Below, in pieces: positions 23,601-24,213 of a stretch of 24,213 bases of DNA. The position numbers were made by a program, and so were the translations under genes. The notes under the pieces are model-generated. The model saw only the letters and a program-made list of their open reading frames with translations, did not search any database and had not been told where the DNA came from. The stretch's first letter is position 1; each line of letters opens with the position of its first letter. Source of the stretch: Candidatus Eiseniibacteriota bacterium (GTDB lineage Bacteria; Arandabacterota; Arandabacteria; Arandabacterales; Arandabacteraceae); contig JBDRNT010000157.1 of NCBI GenBank assembly GCA_043810925.1, positions 1 through 24,213 on the forward strand, read 5' to 3'.

Positions 23601-24213
23601 CAGGACTTTCCCCAAAACGTGAGCTGTGAATCCCTCAAGTGGTTTGATCTCAGCGGATTATCCGGATTGCTAAGTGGAATCGGCGGATTTTGGTGTCTTG
23701 TGAGGAAAATGGGGGAACTCCCTGTAGACTGAAACGGGTCTCCTGTTGTAAAGATTGGATTATGGAAAACAGTGTAACTCTAATCTCTACAAAGGAGACC
23801 CGAAGTGAATGATAGCAGGATAGCGGTAAGATTGCGAGATCAAATAGTACAATTTTCGGGGGAACTCTCAAGGGGATTGACAAAACCAGCCCGGCGGTTT
23901 GTAGTCGAGACAGTCTACGGGATCCAGGCCCGGCAGAGTGTTTTGTTGAGTGAGATCGGCCGGGCCTTGAATGAGTCGATCTCCTTGAAGAAGACCGAGA
24001 CACGGCTCAGTAATGAGTTGAAGCGCTCCGGTCTTGGTGCCCACCTTTTGAAGAGGCTTTTGATGAAAGCGAGCGGTCGAATAAAGGAGGATACGCTCCT
24101 TGTGCTTGATCTATCGGATATTGCCAAGCGTTATGCCCGCGGTATGGAGTATCTGACCCAGGTACGAGATGGCTCTACGGGCGAGATAACCTCTGGTTAC
24201 TGGCTGCTTAAGG
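23601..24213 (+). mobile_element. Left part of a DDE insertion sequence (IS4-like; exact family uncertain)
   Basis: Candidate terminal repeat CAGGACTTTCCCCAAAA at 23601, more AT-rich sequence, and a transposase ORF from 23805. Confidence 0.6.
23805..24213 (+). CDS. DDE transposase, N-terminal part (runs off window end)
   Basis: AAGGAG RBS plus GTG. Reads MNDSRIAVRLRDQIVQFSGELSRGLTKPARRFV..YGIQ...SVLLSEIGRAL.E...LKKTETRLS...LLVLDLSDIAKRYARGMEYLTQVRDGS.GEITSGYW, including the likely first catalytic Asp. Not in the ORF track. Confidence 0.85.
   Translation, partial: MNDSRIAVRLRDQIVQFSGELSRGLTKPARRFVVETVYGIQARQSVLLSEIGRALNESISLKKTETRLSNELKRSGLGAHLLKRLLMKASGRIKEDTLLVLDLSDIAKRYARGMEYLTQVRDGSTGEITSGYWLLK

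Overview
GC-rich bacterial window from a diderm (outer-membrane beta-barrels, lipoproteins); the organism cannot be identified from the sequence alone. It is bounded by two mobile elements: the 3' end and right inverted repeat of an IS3-family element (1-95) and the start of a DDE-transposase element (from about 23601). The left half (304-12085) is a putative sulfate-activation and glycan-modification locus: sat, cysC, three COG3379-like alkaline-phosphatase-superfamily (AlkP) paralogues, a fourth apparently circularly permuted AlkP enzyme, a GT4 glycosyltransferase, a thymidylate-kinase-like P-loop protein, two beta-barrels and a lipoprotein. No recognisable sulfotransferase or PAPS reductase is present. 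The right half holds a DUF3795-like Cys-rich protein, a secreted metallophosphoesterase-CBM9-like fusion, a GNAT, rsgA behind a ~500 nt leader with two uORFs and an attenuator, a clostripain-like peptidase, an MRJP/yellow lipoprotein, a secreted 17-aa-repeat protein with an acidic half and an Arg/His/Trp-rich half, and a convergent secreted TPR-CHAT protease. GGGGTCAG/CTGACCCC REP-like repeats occupy several intergenic spaces. All family calls come from motif recognition by eye; no database searches were run.
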